From Catajapyx aquilonaris (taxonomy: Eukaryota), in the NCBI GenBank assembly GCA_000934665.2, contig JYFJ02003712.1, positions 1 to 38,596 on the forward strand: a stretch of 38,596 bases of DNA. The letters run 5' to 3'. The notes under the pieces were generated by a model. The model was given only the letters and a program-made list of their open reading frames with translations, did no database searches and had not been told where the DNA came from. The stretch's first letter is position 1. Every line of letters starts with the position of its first letter. Below are positions 22,661 to 35,658 of this stretch, one piece after another. Both the position numbers and the translations under genes were made by a program.

Positions 22661-25600
22661 TCATGCCCCCGTATAATAAAACATGACGTAGTCAACTGGA
22701 TCAAAGACCATTAGAGGGACAGACCATACTTCTATAGTGCTATAGTGCTTTAGTGTATTTGTACTATACTGGAGTACACACAAGTAGATTTTAGTGGGAA
22801 CTCCCACAAAGGTTCCGGTCTCCAACACGTCATTCCCTTTGTTTTACAGAGGATAATGCAATATCTTGAGCTCAAAATGATTTGAAGGAGACGTGCCTAC
22901 TCATTGATTGATTTGCTAATGGACGAAAGATGTGTAAATAATGTGTTCAGCTGATACACGTACTGAATTAAACGTTTATAAATGGCGACACGGTGTTTGA
23001 TCTACGATTTGCTTTCGAGGAAACAAATCTAAGAAGTAGGATCGCATTCTTCAGAGAGTATTACGAAACACCTCAAGTAAATAAATGTCGGATAGTGTGA
23101 GTATATAGGAAATCGAGGCCAATTATTTGACATGATTTTTAATATTTTTTCTCGGATTTGCCACAAAACCGAGTGGGGTGTGCAGCAGTCTTTCATATAC
23201 CTTTAATATTGCATACTGGCGAAAGACGGAGTTGGAAAGGGTATTTGCCTCCGATTTTTTTTTTCTCTCTCCTTCACTATGATTTTGGTCCTTGTTCAAA
23301 TCATCGATTCAATTTTTGTGCTACTCACCCCGTGAAGCAGGGTTGGAAGTATAGAAGTGGACATGTTTGATGATATAGGAACATCGGCTTGCGCGAATTG
23401 TTCAATATAAATATGAGGAATAATAAAATATTATATATAATGCTACTACCAGTAAAATTGTATATGGCTTCCTAATTTTGACGACTGAAAATTATATTCC
23501 AAAAAATTACGACCAGCAAATTTTAAAGCAGTCAGTTGACAGTCATCCCCTGTCCATTCCTCTAGCTACATTACTAGGAGAATAAGGTTTCAATTGAAAT
23601 AGGCATAATACGCCTTCACACCCCGATAAAATAGCGCGAACCCTATATATGAAAACTCGCGGGGAAGTGGCGCTCGCAGACCAAAGAGATACGTGACACG
23701 CTTGTAATGAAGGGAAAAGAGGGGAATATGGCTGCAGGCTATTGTATAGATCTGTGGTCACTGTACAGACTGAGGTGGAGATGAGGGAATAGAACGGATG
23801 GGTGGCTTTGGCCCCGATTCGGGTCGTGTATGAAAAAGGATAGTTGGTTACACCGGGAGGCGGGTTGCCATGGCTCGCAATTTGCAAAGGCCTGCCATGT
23901 TGGTAAGGGTGGTCAATAGCGATGCACTGATGATGATTGTATAGGACATGTTCTTATTAGAAATGGGTATCCGAGCGAGGCGTCAATTATGCAACCAGAA
24001 AACTCATTTTGAATCTCGTGTCTAAAAACGGATGAGTAGTAATATTTAAATGTGGATATGACGTCACAAAACTATTTCAAATTCATAAATAAATTGATCT
24101 AGGTCCAAGAATGAGCTGGTCAAATTATGCAACGAAGCGGGAGAATTAGGGCTAGGTGATATTCCTGCATACTGATTGAAATTATACCGAAATAAGCCTT
24201 AGTACGTCACTGTACGCCAATCCTAAAATATCCCACATAATAAAACCCGAGTTGAGCCAGAAATTATGTGGTCTCGCACTGCCTCTCTCACACTATCTCC
24301 GCAGATCTAAAATTACACCTAGCAGTAGAACCAAATGTGCTCATAATAATCAGCATGCTATTTAATATATGGATCTATTTAAAGTGTCATGGACAATTTT
24401 TGTACACACACACACACACACACAGGAAAGGAAGCGTTTTGACCTCACGGGCAGGCAATATGCAGTAGTGTGCTTGGGGTAAATCCCGTGCAGTTTGCAA
24501 AATCCCCGCAGGAACAAAGCGGTTGGCAACCAAGCCATATTACTCCAGCCACGCATCGGCTTGGTCGCCCAATTGCGTTATCTTTACCCGAGTACAAAAA
24601 GGGCAGCCGTATATCCTTGTACAGTGCCAAGTACTTGTCTAAAGATCAATCACATGAGATATAGAGCTCATTCGCTTCAAACTGTAGTTTTCCGGCTTCT
24701 TCCATCGAGAATGTCAGGAAGCTCCATAAGAGTATTATTATGATTTTCTCTATGTATAGTGTGCATTCAAAGCGAGTAACGCGATTCTTTATTTTTCTAA
24801 GAAGCGGATCAGGCGTGCCAGACCTAATGATTATCATCATCGTTGTTAGTAATTACAATAATGTAGAAACATGTAGAATATCTGTTATACTTATACAGTA
24901 TATAGACAGCGTGTTGATTTGGTATTGCTTACTACATGATGGTAGAGCAAGTATTACACCAATTAGCTTATACTAAGCGGTGTAATACCCACTTAGCAAT
25001 CTCTGCGGAGAGTATAATGTTGGGTTTCATTTGTTGATTAAAGTGACAATTAACACCTAGAATAGGTCATAAACACACATACCCATACAAATAGTCACAT
25101 CAAAATATGACATCTACAATATTATCAAATCATTCGTTTTCCAACACTAGATCAATTTAAAGGGCAAAACAAACTATTAGCAGTTGCTGTTATGATAAAT
25201 GTCAGGTTTTCTTCATCAGCATTTACTGATCAGGCTCTATAGGGCATTATTCTGCCGGATTTTGATTCTGATTCCTACCAACAGATCAGCTCTCCACAAA
25301 AAATGTGAAAGACAAAACTGTTTAGTTACTCGTATATACTAGTATGTTATTTAGTTATATAATCATTGTTTTCTTTAGCTGCATGCGCATGGCGGAAGAA
25401 TTATCCGAGTTGAAAATGGTTGGAAAACCCATATTACACAATACAGGGAACCTAAGATATGTAAATATACGTGCATTAAGCTTGGATTTACCCAGGGTAA
25501 ACGGTATGGATAGCAAATAATGATCAAAAATAATGATGTATAAATAAGATGTCTGTTATTAACTATACAGTAATATAAATATAAATCAGCATGTGGTTGG

Positions 25601-25687
25601 ACAAATTAGAGAAAAATAGCCTAAACACCACGAAAAATCACATATTCAGAATGCCGCTATCTTTCGCAATGAATATACGTGAAACTC

Positions 25688-25991
25688 ACCGAAGCAGTAG
25701 TGGTGTAGTGGTATGGTGGCCGACTGCTAATCGGGAGCTCCTGGGTTCGAATCCCGGAGGCCGGCGACCCTGACCATGGTTTTCTGTGGTTTCCCATGGT
25801 CCTTGCAGGATAATTCCGGGATCGTTACCGTAATATAGGCCACAGCCGCCTCCTTCCTACCCTTTCCCTGCTTCATTCCGGTGATGAGAAAAATAGTAAA
25901 AATGGAAGAGTTCCAGACAAAAAATTGGGAGAAATCCCCCCCTAGGAAAGCCCGTAGGCTGATAATGGGGTATCAAATTATTATTATTATT
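25688..25991 (+). mobile_element. tRNA-derived SINE, family B (Ser-GCT-like head)
   Basis: A box TGGTGTAGTGG, GACTGCTAATC anticodon-arm-like motif, B box GGTTCGAATCCC, (TTA)n tail; 15-bp TSD atatacgtgaaactc (25673-25687, 25992-26006). Confidence 0.93.
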
Positions 25992-27275
25992 ATATACGTG
26001 AAACTCCAGTAAATCCCACTTCCGGCAATCTCCAAAGTTGTCAGCGCTAACTATTTACACATCGAATGCTCCAGTTATTTTATTTAAAACAATAATTTCC
26101 GCACTATTAATTTTTTAAAACCTTAAATTGTTAAAATTTATATCATTAAACTTTAAAAATCTAAAGTGGCTTGTTCTTCCCTCACAATGCCCGTTACCTA
26201 AAGTATAGCTAAATAAATTCTGGTCCAGGAAATATAAGACATAGTGAAGTATAACTTCCCGCGCAGCAAAATTGACTGAGGCAAGCATTCACCATCAAAG
26301 GGAAAGAGTGGAAGTCGTATTGATTGCAAGAATTGACTTTCAATATTAGAACTGGATGAATGGGCCTGCCGATGAAGTAGCGTCGATGAAAGATCCAGTC
26401 TATATGAAGCGGCTGCCGATGAAATGATCGGAACCATTTTTCATTACATGCAGCCAAGCGGATACTTATCGAAACTCATCACATGCACTTTGTTTATTTC
26501 ACCATTACACCTACTCCATGTACTTTCAACATGTTTGATGTCATCATATGTTTTGATATAATTACTCGCATTAGCTTCGACACGAATGTGCCCTTGAACC
26601 TGAAGATTGGATACGTCGTAACCACTTTGCATCTAAAGTTATGGAGAAAGGAGCATGAGGATGAAACCCAGCAAATGCTGCTGATTAGTAATTACACAAG
26701 TTTTCCACTCTCACTCTCTTCTAACACCCTAAGGTATTCAAGTTCACTCACACAAGTAGTTAAGGTAGTTGGATTCCATATTTTTTTCACGCCTCAAAAA
26801 AATGACGTGTAATCATGACTTCGGGGGCGGAACATATGATTTTTCTTTACATATCATTTTCCGCTGGATGAAGCCTCATATAGTCGGCGACTTTTAATCA
26901 AGACGAAATGAAGACTCTCCACAAGACTTCCCACTCTCTTGATCCCACCCACCAATCCGTCTTCCCCTTCTGTCACTTGATTAATAAATTCTATTAGCCT
27001 ACCAACCGGCACAAAAGCTGATGCCGGATGAAAACCAAATCGTCGCCTTTTATAAAATGGTAAAAATAACCGCGTCATCAGCCAATATCAAGTTAACCCA
27101 TTAAAGAAAATCGCTCACTCCAATTACTGTAAAATTCTGAGAATAGTCTAATTTACTGGATCTGAGCAACCCATTAGCCCGTCCCGAAGCCAGGCCGTCT
27201 CACGACTCACTACAAAAGAGCCCTTCCCACCAGGTCCACACCCAGACGCCACTGCCCTCTAGTGAGGGGTGTCAC

Positions 27276-27365
27276 TATTTATTTATTTATTTATTTATTT
27301 ATTTACCGCTTGACAGGACATCGACAAGAGTCTCATAAGTATGTATACAGTGTCCATCAGCAAAT
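27276..27365 (-). repeat. (TAAA)n tail plus probable LINE 3' remnant
   Basis: (TTTA)n on the plus strand at 27276-27305 followed by a short non-repetitive stretch; no TSD found. Confidence 0.45.
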
Positions 27366-28509
27366 CTGCAATGTCGTTATGTTTTTTCCCTGCCAGGCCG
27401 ATGTCTCCAAAATGATGGGATTTTTGATGTAGAGATGTTGCACTTCTTTCCACGTGTTTCTTTTACTGCCATATCCATTTTTCCAAGGGAGAAAAAAAAC
27501 AGACAAAACAAAACGACAAGGAGGCTCCCAAGGGAAATACCTCCCCAGTATTGATGTGGGGGCTTTGCGTAAACCCGGAAGCAGCTGTCGCAAAAATTGC
27601 AAGCGATATTTCATTACTTTCTTTATTTAACACGACGTTTTTTCCCCTCCTATCGCATCAACAACATGGCACCGAAACTACAATGCCATGCAAGTAATAA
27701 TATTGCTGCTAGCCGGGTACATGGTGTTGCATTTTTAAACGTAAAGTAAGGATCGATGCCGTTCGCACCTGTTGAATTTAAAGCAAATGTTTCTCCATAA
27801 ATAACATTGTTATCTTTATTGGTGATTAATATTTTATGCAGTCGGACACTGTACACGGTGTACTGTACTTCGTTGTATATTTTTAAATTACTGTAATAAG
27901 GTATATAGTCTATGTAATAAATAGCACAAGCCGGAAGGTAAAAATATCCTTATTATCACGCTTATGAAGTTGTAAAATTATACTCGAACCACTGGTTTAT
28001 GTAAAGCTATAAATGGGGTCCTAAATGTTGTAAGCACGACACACTATTTGCATTTATAACCCTCATTAAGACCTTCCCTACTGAGCCATGTAAGTCCTGG
28101 AAATTCCAGAACAATCTAATTCTGGTTAAAACACAAAATATGCTGCAGGCTACACCTTTCCTATGCAGGTTTTCTCACACCATTTTACTTTACTTAGTGA
28201 TACTGAACCAGCATCTTGGGGGATTGTTGCTGACAAGTCATGCCTAAAAAAATAAGATTGGCAAATCACGTGAGCGTAATTATAGTAGACTTTTTCTCAT
28301 TCTGCCAAGTATGAAACGGCCTAGGACTTGCATCACAAACCCCGGTCTCATTTCAGGAATTAATTACACAGCCCCTGTTCCAGAGCGCCAGGTAAAACCC
28401 AGGGTAAATCCCCGACGCACATGATGGTCAGAAACCCAGGGAAACTCATTTAGAAATCCAACGATAACCCGCCCGTAAAGTAGACTTGTGCAGATAGATT
28501 GTACCCTTT

Positions 28510-29019
28510 ATCAGTGGGGCTTAACGTCGGCCTATTTCTGCTGCTAAAGGGTTGTATCCACTGCTCAATATCAAGGGGTTTCAACCCGTTCAACCCCTTG
28601 AATCAACCCTTTGGGGGGCTTGAACCGAGTAGAGCATGGCCCTACTTGATTCAACCCATTGAATTCAAGGGGTTGGACCGTGCTCTACTCGGTTCAAGCC
28701 CGCTCAAGGGGTTGATTCAAGGGGTTGAACGGGTTGAAACCCCTTGATATTGAGCAGTGGATACCAGCCTTAAGGCTAAACACAGACGCCAGGGGTGGTC
28801 CTCCTCCTGGAAATTTTGCCACTCTGGGGATCTTTAACGTGCACTCGCGCAATGTCACAAGCACACGGGACCGACGGCTTTACTTCCCCTCCGAAGGAAA
28901 GCGCCCTCTCACTTTTCGACCACTCGGAGAAAAGTCACCGACCTCGGCCGGGTTCGAACCCACAACTTTGGGGCCAGAGGCGATCGCGCTAACCACCAGT
29001 CCACCGGCGTCCACCGGCG
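28510..29019 (-). mobile_element. tRNA-derived SINE, family A, second copy, interrupted by a MITE
   Basis: Colinear with 13431-13715 apart from the insertion at 28548-28770; 10-nt tandem duplication at its 5' end; no clean TSD. Confidence 0.9.
28548..28770. mobile_element. PIF/Harbinger (Tourist)-like palindromic MITE nested in SINE A
   Basis: TIRs AGG(G/C)T(T/G)GTATCCACTGCTCAATATCAAGGGG; near-complete palindrome; 3-bp TAA TSD (28545-28547, 28771-28773) at the taa site of the uninterrupted SINE. Confidence 0.88.
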
Positions 29020-29029
29020 GTTAGGATAG

Positions 29030-29215
29030 CGTGTACCCGGAAATCCGGAAGTGGCGGGTCACCGGTTGACCATGGCACCTGTTTTGGTCACTTTTAATCA
29101 GAATTCGAAAACAGTTTGCCGCTATCTGTTGCGGTTTAGGCCCTGATAGTACCTGTCCACAGACGGACATACAGACAGATGGACAGAGCCGTTCTATAAT
29201 ACTTTTTTCGATGAT
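29030..29215. mobile_element. Helentron/DINE-1-like (HINE) fragment
   Basis: acagacggacatacagacagatggacaga microsatellite preceded by ccggaagtgg and ttttggtcacttttaatcag blocks; ends not resolved. Confidence 0.4.
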
Positions 29216-30648
29216 GAGAAAATTTATAAAATCCGCTCCTGGCATTGGAAAGGGGCAAGGAGAGAAATAGTAGCTCCTAGCCTATTTTCATACACCCACG
29301 TAATTAAATCATACCTGTCATACCTTCAGGTTGCATTACATGGATCAAATTTGCGTGGGAATTTTCGTTAAGTAGCACGTGGCAACGGGTGTCACTCATA
29401 AGCTGCACTGTACAGTATAATTATAGTATACATTAGCGTTAGTTTGGCTAATTTAAACTCAACCTCAGCTTTACTTCTAGCGATTTTAATAAGAAGTATT
29501 TTCTGTAGAGCATTAGCACAATATTAGATTGAACTTGAGTCATAAAATATTCAACCTCAACCAGGGTATATCCTCCAGCTACATGATAGTCTCCTGGACA
29601 TAAAATTAACCATATCTCATTAGCCTTATAGTGCTTAGGGCCCTAACGATATGGTTGCATCTCTGATTCAAGGGATTTGTTCGTTGTCCAGACCCAGCTT
29701 ACAGCCGTATTATAACTAAGTGAATCCAGCGCCGTTTTGACAACCCACGGATAATAACGTCCGCTCACGTAGGTTCTCTTCCAACATTGATGTGCATAAT
29801 ACACTATAACATTCGTTTAGGTATATTCTTGTACGTTACGGGTTAATGTTTTTTTTTTTTTTAATTTTCCCCACAAAATTATTGCAGATGACCAGCGCAC
29901 TGGGGAACCTCCGAAACACACATTGCACTGGAACCAATAACTTGAACCTGTCCGTGCCTGCATCAGTGGTAAGTTTACGGTTTAGGTTATGCTGGCATAT
30001 ACATTGCATTGCATTGGAGCTGCGACTCGAACCTGCAAACCGCGAATTGCAATCGTAACCGTGAAGTGTGAAAAAAATTATGACGCAGAAAGTGACGGTT
30101 ATCGCCGTATTGCACCTGGTGGTTTTCTAATTGTGATTTTAAAAAGTGCTCGTTTTCAAACCTCTATTATTTGGAGGTTTCCTTATTCAGCGTGTACTGT
30201 AAAATAAATTATTCTGGATCCTGCATGAACGTCATGAGATCTTTAGGCATGGATCGTGACAGCATAAGTTGATTTAGCTAAGTACAGCATGCAACAATGA
30301 AGCCCGTCATTCAGATTTAATAACTGAAAATAATCACAAAGTGAAAACAAACCCGTTCCATGCGGATCTTGGCGAATCCATTTCCTATACAAAGAATGTG
30401 ACTTAGCAGAATCCTTATTTTCCATTATTTTGTATTCTAAACTTAACTTTGGCAGCAGGCATAATTTACAATGGCTGTACTAAGAATGGACATTGCTTAA
30501 AATACATTAAAGCGAAGCCAAGAGCGAAACTGTTAAAATGTATAGCATCAAATTCATTCAAAAGGTCAGCAGCATACATGATAATACAATATCATATTGT
30601 GATAAATTATTTTTAAATAGGTTCATATTATGTGAAATGATAATTATA

Positions 30649-30880
30649 CAGCGTGTTCTAAATATCCGGGTCACTTTTGCATAACTGCTATTGTCCGATA
30701 GTAGTTATTTTTTGTAGATTGCTGTGCCCCGGTTCAGTTGTCCCATTCTATAGCACCTGCTACTTGTTGGGCAAGTTATAGAATGGGGCAACTAAATCGG
30801 GGCACAACAAGCTACAAAAAATCATTGCTATCGGGCAATAGCAGTTATCCAAAAGTGACCCGGATATTTGGAACACCCTG
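30649..30880. mobile_element. Tc1/mariner-type palindromic MITE
   Basis: TA|CAGCGTGTTCTAAATATCCGGGTCAC...GTGACCCGGATATTTGGAACACCCTG|TA. Confidence 0.88.
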
Positions 30881-31515
30881 TATAATGTGAGTTAAAACGA
30901 GGTCTTTGACTGAACCTTGGCCTATGACCATTATACTTTCAGGTTGGGAAGATGTGGATGCTTTGTAGCTTACACTTTATCTATCCAGCTAATAAGCTTC
31001 TAATTAATTTCTAAAATTACTTACAAAGTTAAGCGGTTATGTGATATCAATTCAAATTAACCCTAACCGAATATTATACACCGACGTCTAACCAATAATG
31101 TGATGTAAATTATTCCATAGCTATACCTAAGAGCAAAGTTAGTACAGGCTATTGCTCCCTCTGGCATTTCATATCGGTGTAACACCTACTCCTTTGCTTT
31201 TAAAATATTGTGTTTACTTGGGTTTTCCGGTATTGTTACAGGACACTAGTATTGTCCTAGCAAATAATATATTTCTTATTTAATTGAGCTGTTGAGATTT
31301 ATCACCCCCCCCCCCCCTCACACACACAACCCCTGAGGACATTATTATAGTATTGTGTGATTGTGTGTACAGTATATAAAATGTTCTGTAATTGCAAAAT
31401 ACCACTCTGATGCCTGGTTGCACCAACAAAATTACCGGTCCGATAGCTCCTAACGGACCGATAGCACATGTTAAAAGGTCTACCTATCTGTCCATTAGGA
31501 GCTATCGGACCATGG

Positions 31516-32257
31516 AGAGATGTTGCTGTACTGTACTGTCTTGGCATATCTGATGGACGTGCTGAAAAAACATGCAGCACCTGTTCTTTTACTAGTACGA
31601 GCCACGTCACTGACCGACCCTGTATCTGGTCAGCGCAACATGGCTCTTGGATTGTTTGGTTGTTTGTGAGGGTATTGGGGCCTGCGTAAGAACCAGAATG
31701 GTCTGACGCAGACCCCAATACCAACCCGACGACGGGTTGACCACAACTACTTAATGGATTTTCTTGCCTTGCTCGTCTGCGACATTTCCAGTTATACTAC
31801 TGTTATATCAGAATCATGCCTGATGGTGGCAGTCTTGCACCAACAAAATTACCGGTCCGATAGCTCCTAATGGACAGATAGGTACACCATGTGCTATCGG
31901 TCCATTAGGAGCTATCGGACCGGTAATTTTGTTGGTGCAAGACTGCAACCATCAGGCATGATTATGATATAACAGTAGTATAGGGAAATGTCGCAGACGA
32001 GCAGGGTAAGAAAATCCATTAAGTAGTTGTGGTCAACCCGTCGTCGGGTTGGTATTGTGTCCTGCGTCAGACCATTCTGGTTCTTACGCAGGCCCCAATA
32101 CCCTCACAAACAACCAAACAATCCAAGAGCCTTGTTGCGCTGACCAGATACAGGGTCGGTCAGTGACGTGGCTCGTACTAGTAAAAGAACAGGTGCTGCA
32201 TGTTTTTTCAGCCCGTCCATCAGATATGCCAAGACAGTACAGTACAGCAACATCTCT
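31516..32257. repeat. 742-bp foldback (inverted duplication) centred on a ~105-bp hairpin core
   Basis: agagatgttgctg... at 31516 pairs with ...cagcaacatctct at 32257, with few mismatches; centre near 31887; a partial second core lies at 31418-31511. Confidence 0.93.
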
Positions 32258-32416
32258 AAATATCAACATCTCTTGGGATTTTGCAGCGTGAAATGAATAA
32301 GGCAAATTCACATTACCATCCTAATAATAGTCTATCCGCGTTATGCTATGCCTAATGAAAAATTGGGGCACAAGTTCATGCCCGTTGCTGCGAACTTCAG
32401 TCTTGGTCTCACAGTG

Positions 32417-33700
32417 TCACCCGTTTATTTTCCTTCCATTATGCTGATTAGAAATCCGAGAGGAAGGAGGGGACAGCATCAGGGGAAGGGAGGAAGTGAG
32501 GAGAGGGAGAGAATCCCTGAAATCCCTCGACCAGTTGATTGAAAATTTTGCAAAGGGTCCAGGTCTAAAGAAGAGACGCTCATATAACAAATCGTAATCA
32601 TCTGGTGTTACGTAGGTACGTTCATTCACAAATTATATAATACTATTCTACACACCGCTTGTCCCCTCAAACGACAATTGGCCTACTGCATATACGTCAG
32701 GGACACAATTTGCTTGAAAATGACGTCGTCTATTTTCCATTGAAGATCCAAGAGTTGGGTAGAAAAACTGCTGTCCTGAATCGAGAAGCTCATTATCCAC
32801 ATCACCGAGAAGTTTGGGTCGTTTGCAGATTATTTTGGTTTCCCTTCCTTAAGTTTGCATTCGGAGCTGTTGGCGTCATCGGCGAGGCGTCCAAACAGCG
32901 TTAATTGATCCTCGAGACTTAATCTTTGCAAAAAGCGAGCCTAGGGATGCAGGAGCACGCCTCCGCTCGGTTCAACCCCAGAAGCCTGCTGATGACCTTC
33001 GGTAAATAATTGGCCAGGCCGAGATGCGACCTGACGACTCGTGTCGCGATCGTGTCGTTCACTCCCCATCTCCAAGAGGCAAGCCCTTTGAAATTTGCGC
33101 ATCTACTTCCGCCTTACAAGGTATACATGGTGCTATATGGTACGGCAAACAGATTCGTATACAAAACAGTGTTTTGAGACGAGTTGGGGTCCAATAGGCA
33201 ACTGGCGAGAAAAGCAAACCTGATGGTCAGCCTGAGGCTGTGCTTACCAGTTAGTGCTGTTCCCTTTGACAGCTGCTGTTGGCTACTGGTTTCCCGGGGG
33301 GTAATAGGGATTAGGGGATCATTACGTCTCAAGTCACACAGACCATGTCGAGTTACAGGCGGTGAGAGGTGTTCTAAAATTGGGCATAAATTGGAGATCA
33401 ATACTGCTGTCGGAAGGTTTATTGAGGTTGCGCATATGGAATAGTTGGTATTGAATATGAAGAATAAGATCTGCACCTTTATGTTGATATTTAATGGATT
33501 GGACGGTGGCACGAATTATACTGTATGATGGTCGGAAAATATCGGGCAATCCGGCAGGGAGATTTGAGATTTTTGACCGGACAATATCGCCTGTATGAAA
33601 TATTTTAAAAATTGGCCGTCGACGCTGTTGTTTTAAATATTTTTTTCCGTTTGCCAAAGTGCGAAAATATTCCTGGTATACAATCCGGTTTTTAAAAGTT
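32417..33700 (-). mobile_element. Decayed coding remnants including a Polinton/retroviral-type integrase C-terminal segment
   Basis: 33334-33700 reads FKNRIVYQEYFRTLANGKKYLKQQRRRPIFKIFHTGDIVRSKISNLPAGLPDIFRPSYSIIRATVQSI...YQL, resembling the FxxGDxVR...F..xYS...Y.L integrase C-terminal pattern. Further broken, co-oriented protein-like frames lie at 32.7-33.1 kb and 32.4-32.6 kb. Confidence 0.4.
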
Positions 33701-33727
33701 CAGAGTCTACATGCAAAATAGTCTTAC

Positions 33728-33888
33728 CTGCAGGAGTAGGCAGTACCCATCTGATCCTCCATTGTAAAGTAAGATTCTTGGTCACTAAGTCCATTGACCT
33801 TCCGCAGGTTACTGATGCTCGTGTTGTAAAGCACGTTGATCCCCAGCTTCCTGCGAAAGTCGTTCAGATAGGTGACCATCACGTCCGC
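33728..33888 (-). CDS. FOXRED2: FOXRED2 coding exon (not in ORF track)
   Basis: ttatag|ADVMVTYLNDFRRKLGINVLYNTSISNLRKVNGLSDQESYFTMEDQMGTAYSC(R)|gtaaga; 161 nt, phase 0 to 2; aligns to the DMVRYLxDF...YNTTI...DQxG..C block. Confidence 0.93.
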
Positions 33889-34306
33889 CTATAAGGATAA
33901 AGGAAACCGCAGTCAGAGAGTCCGCCTCCTCATTTGCGTTTCAAAGTGAAACGCTCTTCGAGTTGCCCAAAAGCTGCTCCACATGTCAATAGCAGCCAAG
34001 CGCATTATGAGCCACAAAGACGAAGATGGATGTTAGCTTTTCAGCTATATAGCTGTATTTATACTGACAGCCCCCTGAGAAGTTATCTCGCCTCAAGAAA
34101 TGATACAAAGGGAGCTTCAAAGAGCGGACTTTCTTTCATTCTAATCTTTATTACGGAATAAACCTCAGCGAATGAGAAGAAGAGATGGAGAAACCTGATT
34201 GTGACATCATTCTTCCGGAAGCCAACTAACAGGTATTACCCTCGTCTGAAATATTGTTCAGAATGACGCCCACTGAGTTCATTGCTGGAAGTACAGTACG
34301 TTATAG

Positions 34307-34424
34307 CCTCCTGAGACCCCTGGTACAGTATACTGTACCTTTGTTTTTTTCCAGTACCTTCTGACTAACTCAAGCGCGTAAAAAAACCAAAGGTACAGTA
34401 TACTGTACTCCGGGTCTCAGGAGG
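34307..34424. mobile_element. Short MITE (CC termini, piggyBac-like)
   Basis: cctcctgagaccc..gtacagtatactgtacctttg and its reverse complement; TTAA TSD not intact. Confidence 0.62.
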
Positions 34425-35658
34425 ATAGGTTATTCTTCCATGAGATACTATACTACATAATAAAAGCCCATTATCTCAGTACTGTACGAGCCTGTGAAGA
34501 CCAAATGACCCCTACATAACGTGATTCTCTGATCCACATGGAGTTTGTCCGAAGAATTATAAAGGATCTTGATAATAGACCTCTTAAATCTGACGTTGGT
34601 GGAACACCCCCTTCAACGACTGTAATAAATGCTTCACCACAGCTGAATTATCCCGTAGTTTACAATGTGGACAAAATTGATCACTAACATGCCAATATTA
34701 GGATAGTTTTCGTTGAGATAACATATTGCCGTTAGTAGAAGCGGAAACAATATTTAAGTTCTCGCTCCAAGTTTCGTTAAGAAGCTTTATTAATACTGAT
34801 TATATTTTAAATTGGACACGCAGCAGAGTAGGCCTACTGTGATGATTTATTTCAAAACTGGGTTAAGCGCAGTAATTAGGCTTACTGTCTATTAATAGAC
34901 GAAAGTAGATTAGGCCTAAATATTCCTGCTCCAGTGACGACGGATTTGAAAGAATTAACGAGCAATAATATAGCCACGAGGTATTTCAGAACACGGGATT
35001 TTGAAAACAAATGCTCCATAGGTTTAATTTCATCTCCTGACTGCGTGGGTGCAACCCACATGCAATATTCGAAGAGCTCATTTTATCCCTGTCACATTTG
35101 ATTTGTGGCGGTAATTCTGGTGTAAGCTGCAGTTGTAATACAATGTTGGATGAGTGGGGCTGGCGGTCCAGATATTACTGTACATTCTGTTTTAAACTGT
35201 TATTTGAATTTCGACTTCCATGTACATACATACATTACCTTCACGGCATATTCCCATCAAGATGGGGTTACCAGCGAGGCCTACAGTCCACCTGGCCATC
35301 TCGAACGACCAGTAAATTACATGTCGAATTACATGTCATACTCGTAATTTACTTCATTTTAGTTATAAATAATTCTTCAAATACATTTCCTTTTCAATCA
35401 TCTCAAAGTCTGATAATATTTTTAAATCAGCGAAATGACGTCATATTTGCGTCATATAACATTACAGGAACACGACCCAATAAATCGGAATAAGTGTTTT
35501 TCGATTCTCACTTTTCCTCTCTTCAGAATTCTGAATGAGCTATGCAGCATCCATTTCAAGAACTACGGGTTTTGGTTGTTTTTATCTATTGGGTTCAGAC
35601 GTTCTGGCTCTGATGAACTTCTCGCAACCACACCTCCCCCTAATTATAAACCATTATA

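Noticed and set aside
26198..27078. Several 60-110 aa ORFs
   Set aside because: No recognisable motifs or consistent splice structure; partly short TTCATCGG-type repeats of an old element.
31302..32311. Apparent duplicated proteins on opposite strands (also 12060-12480 and 35757-36136)
   Set aside because: They are mirror translations of palindromic arms.
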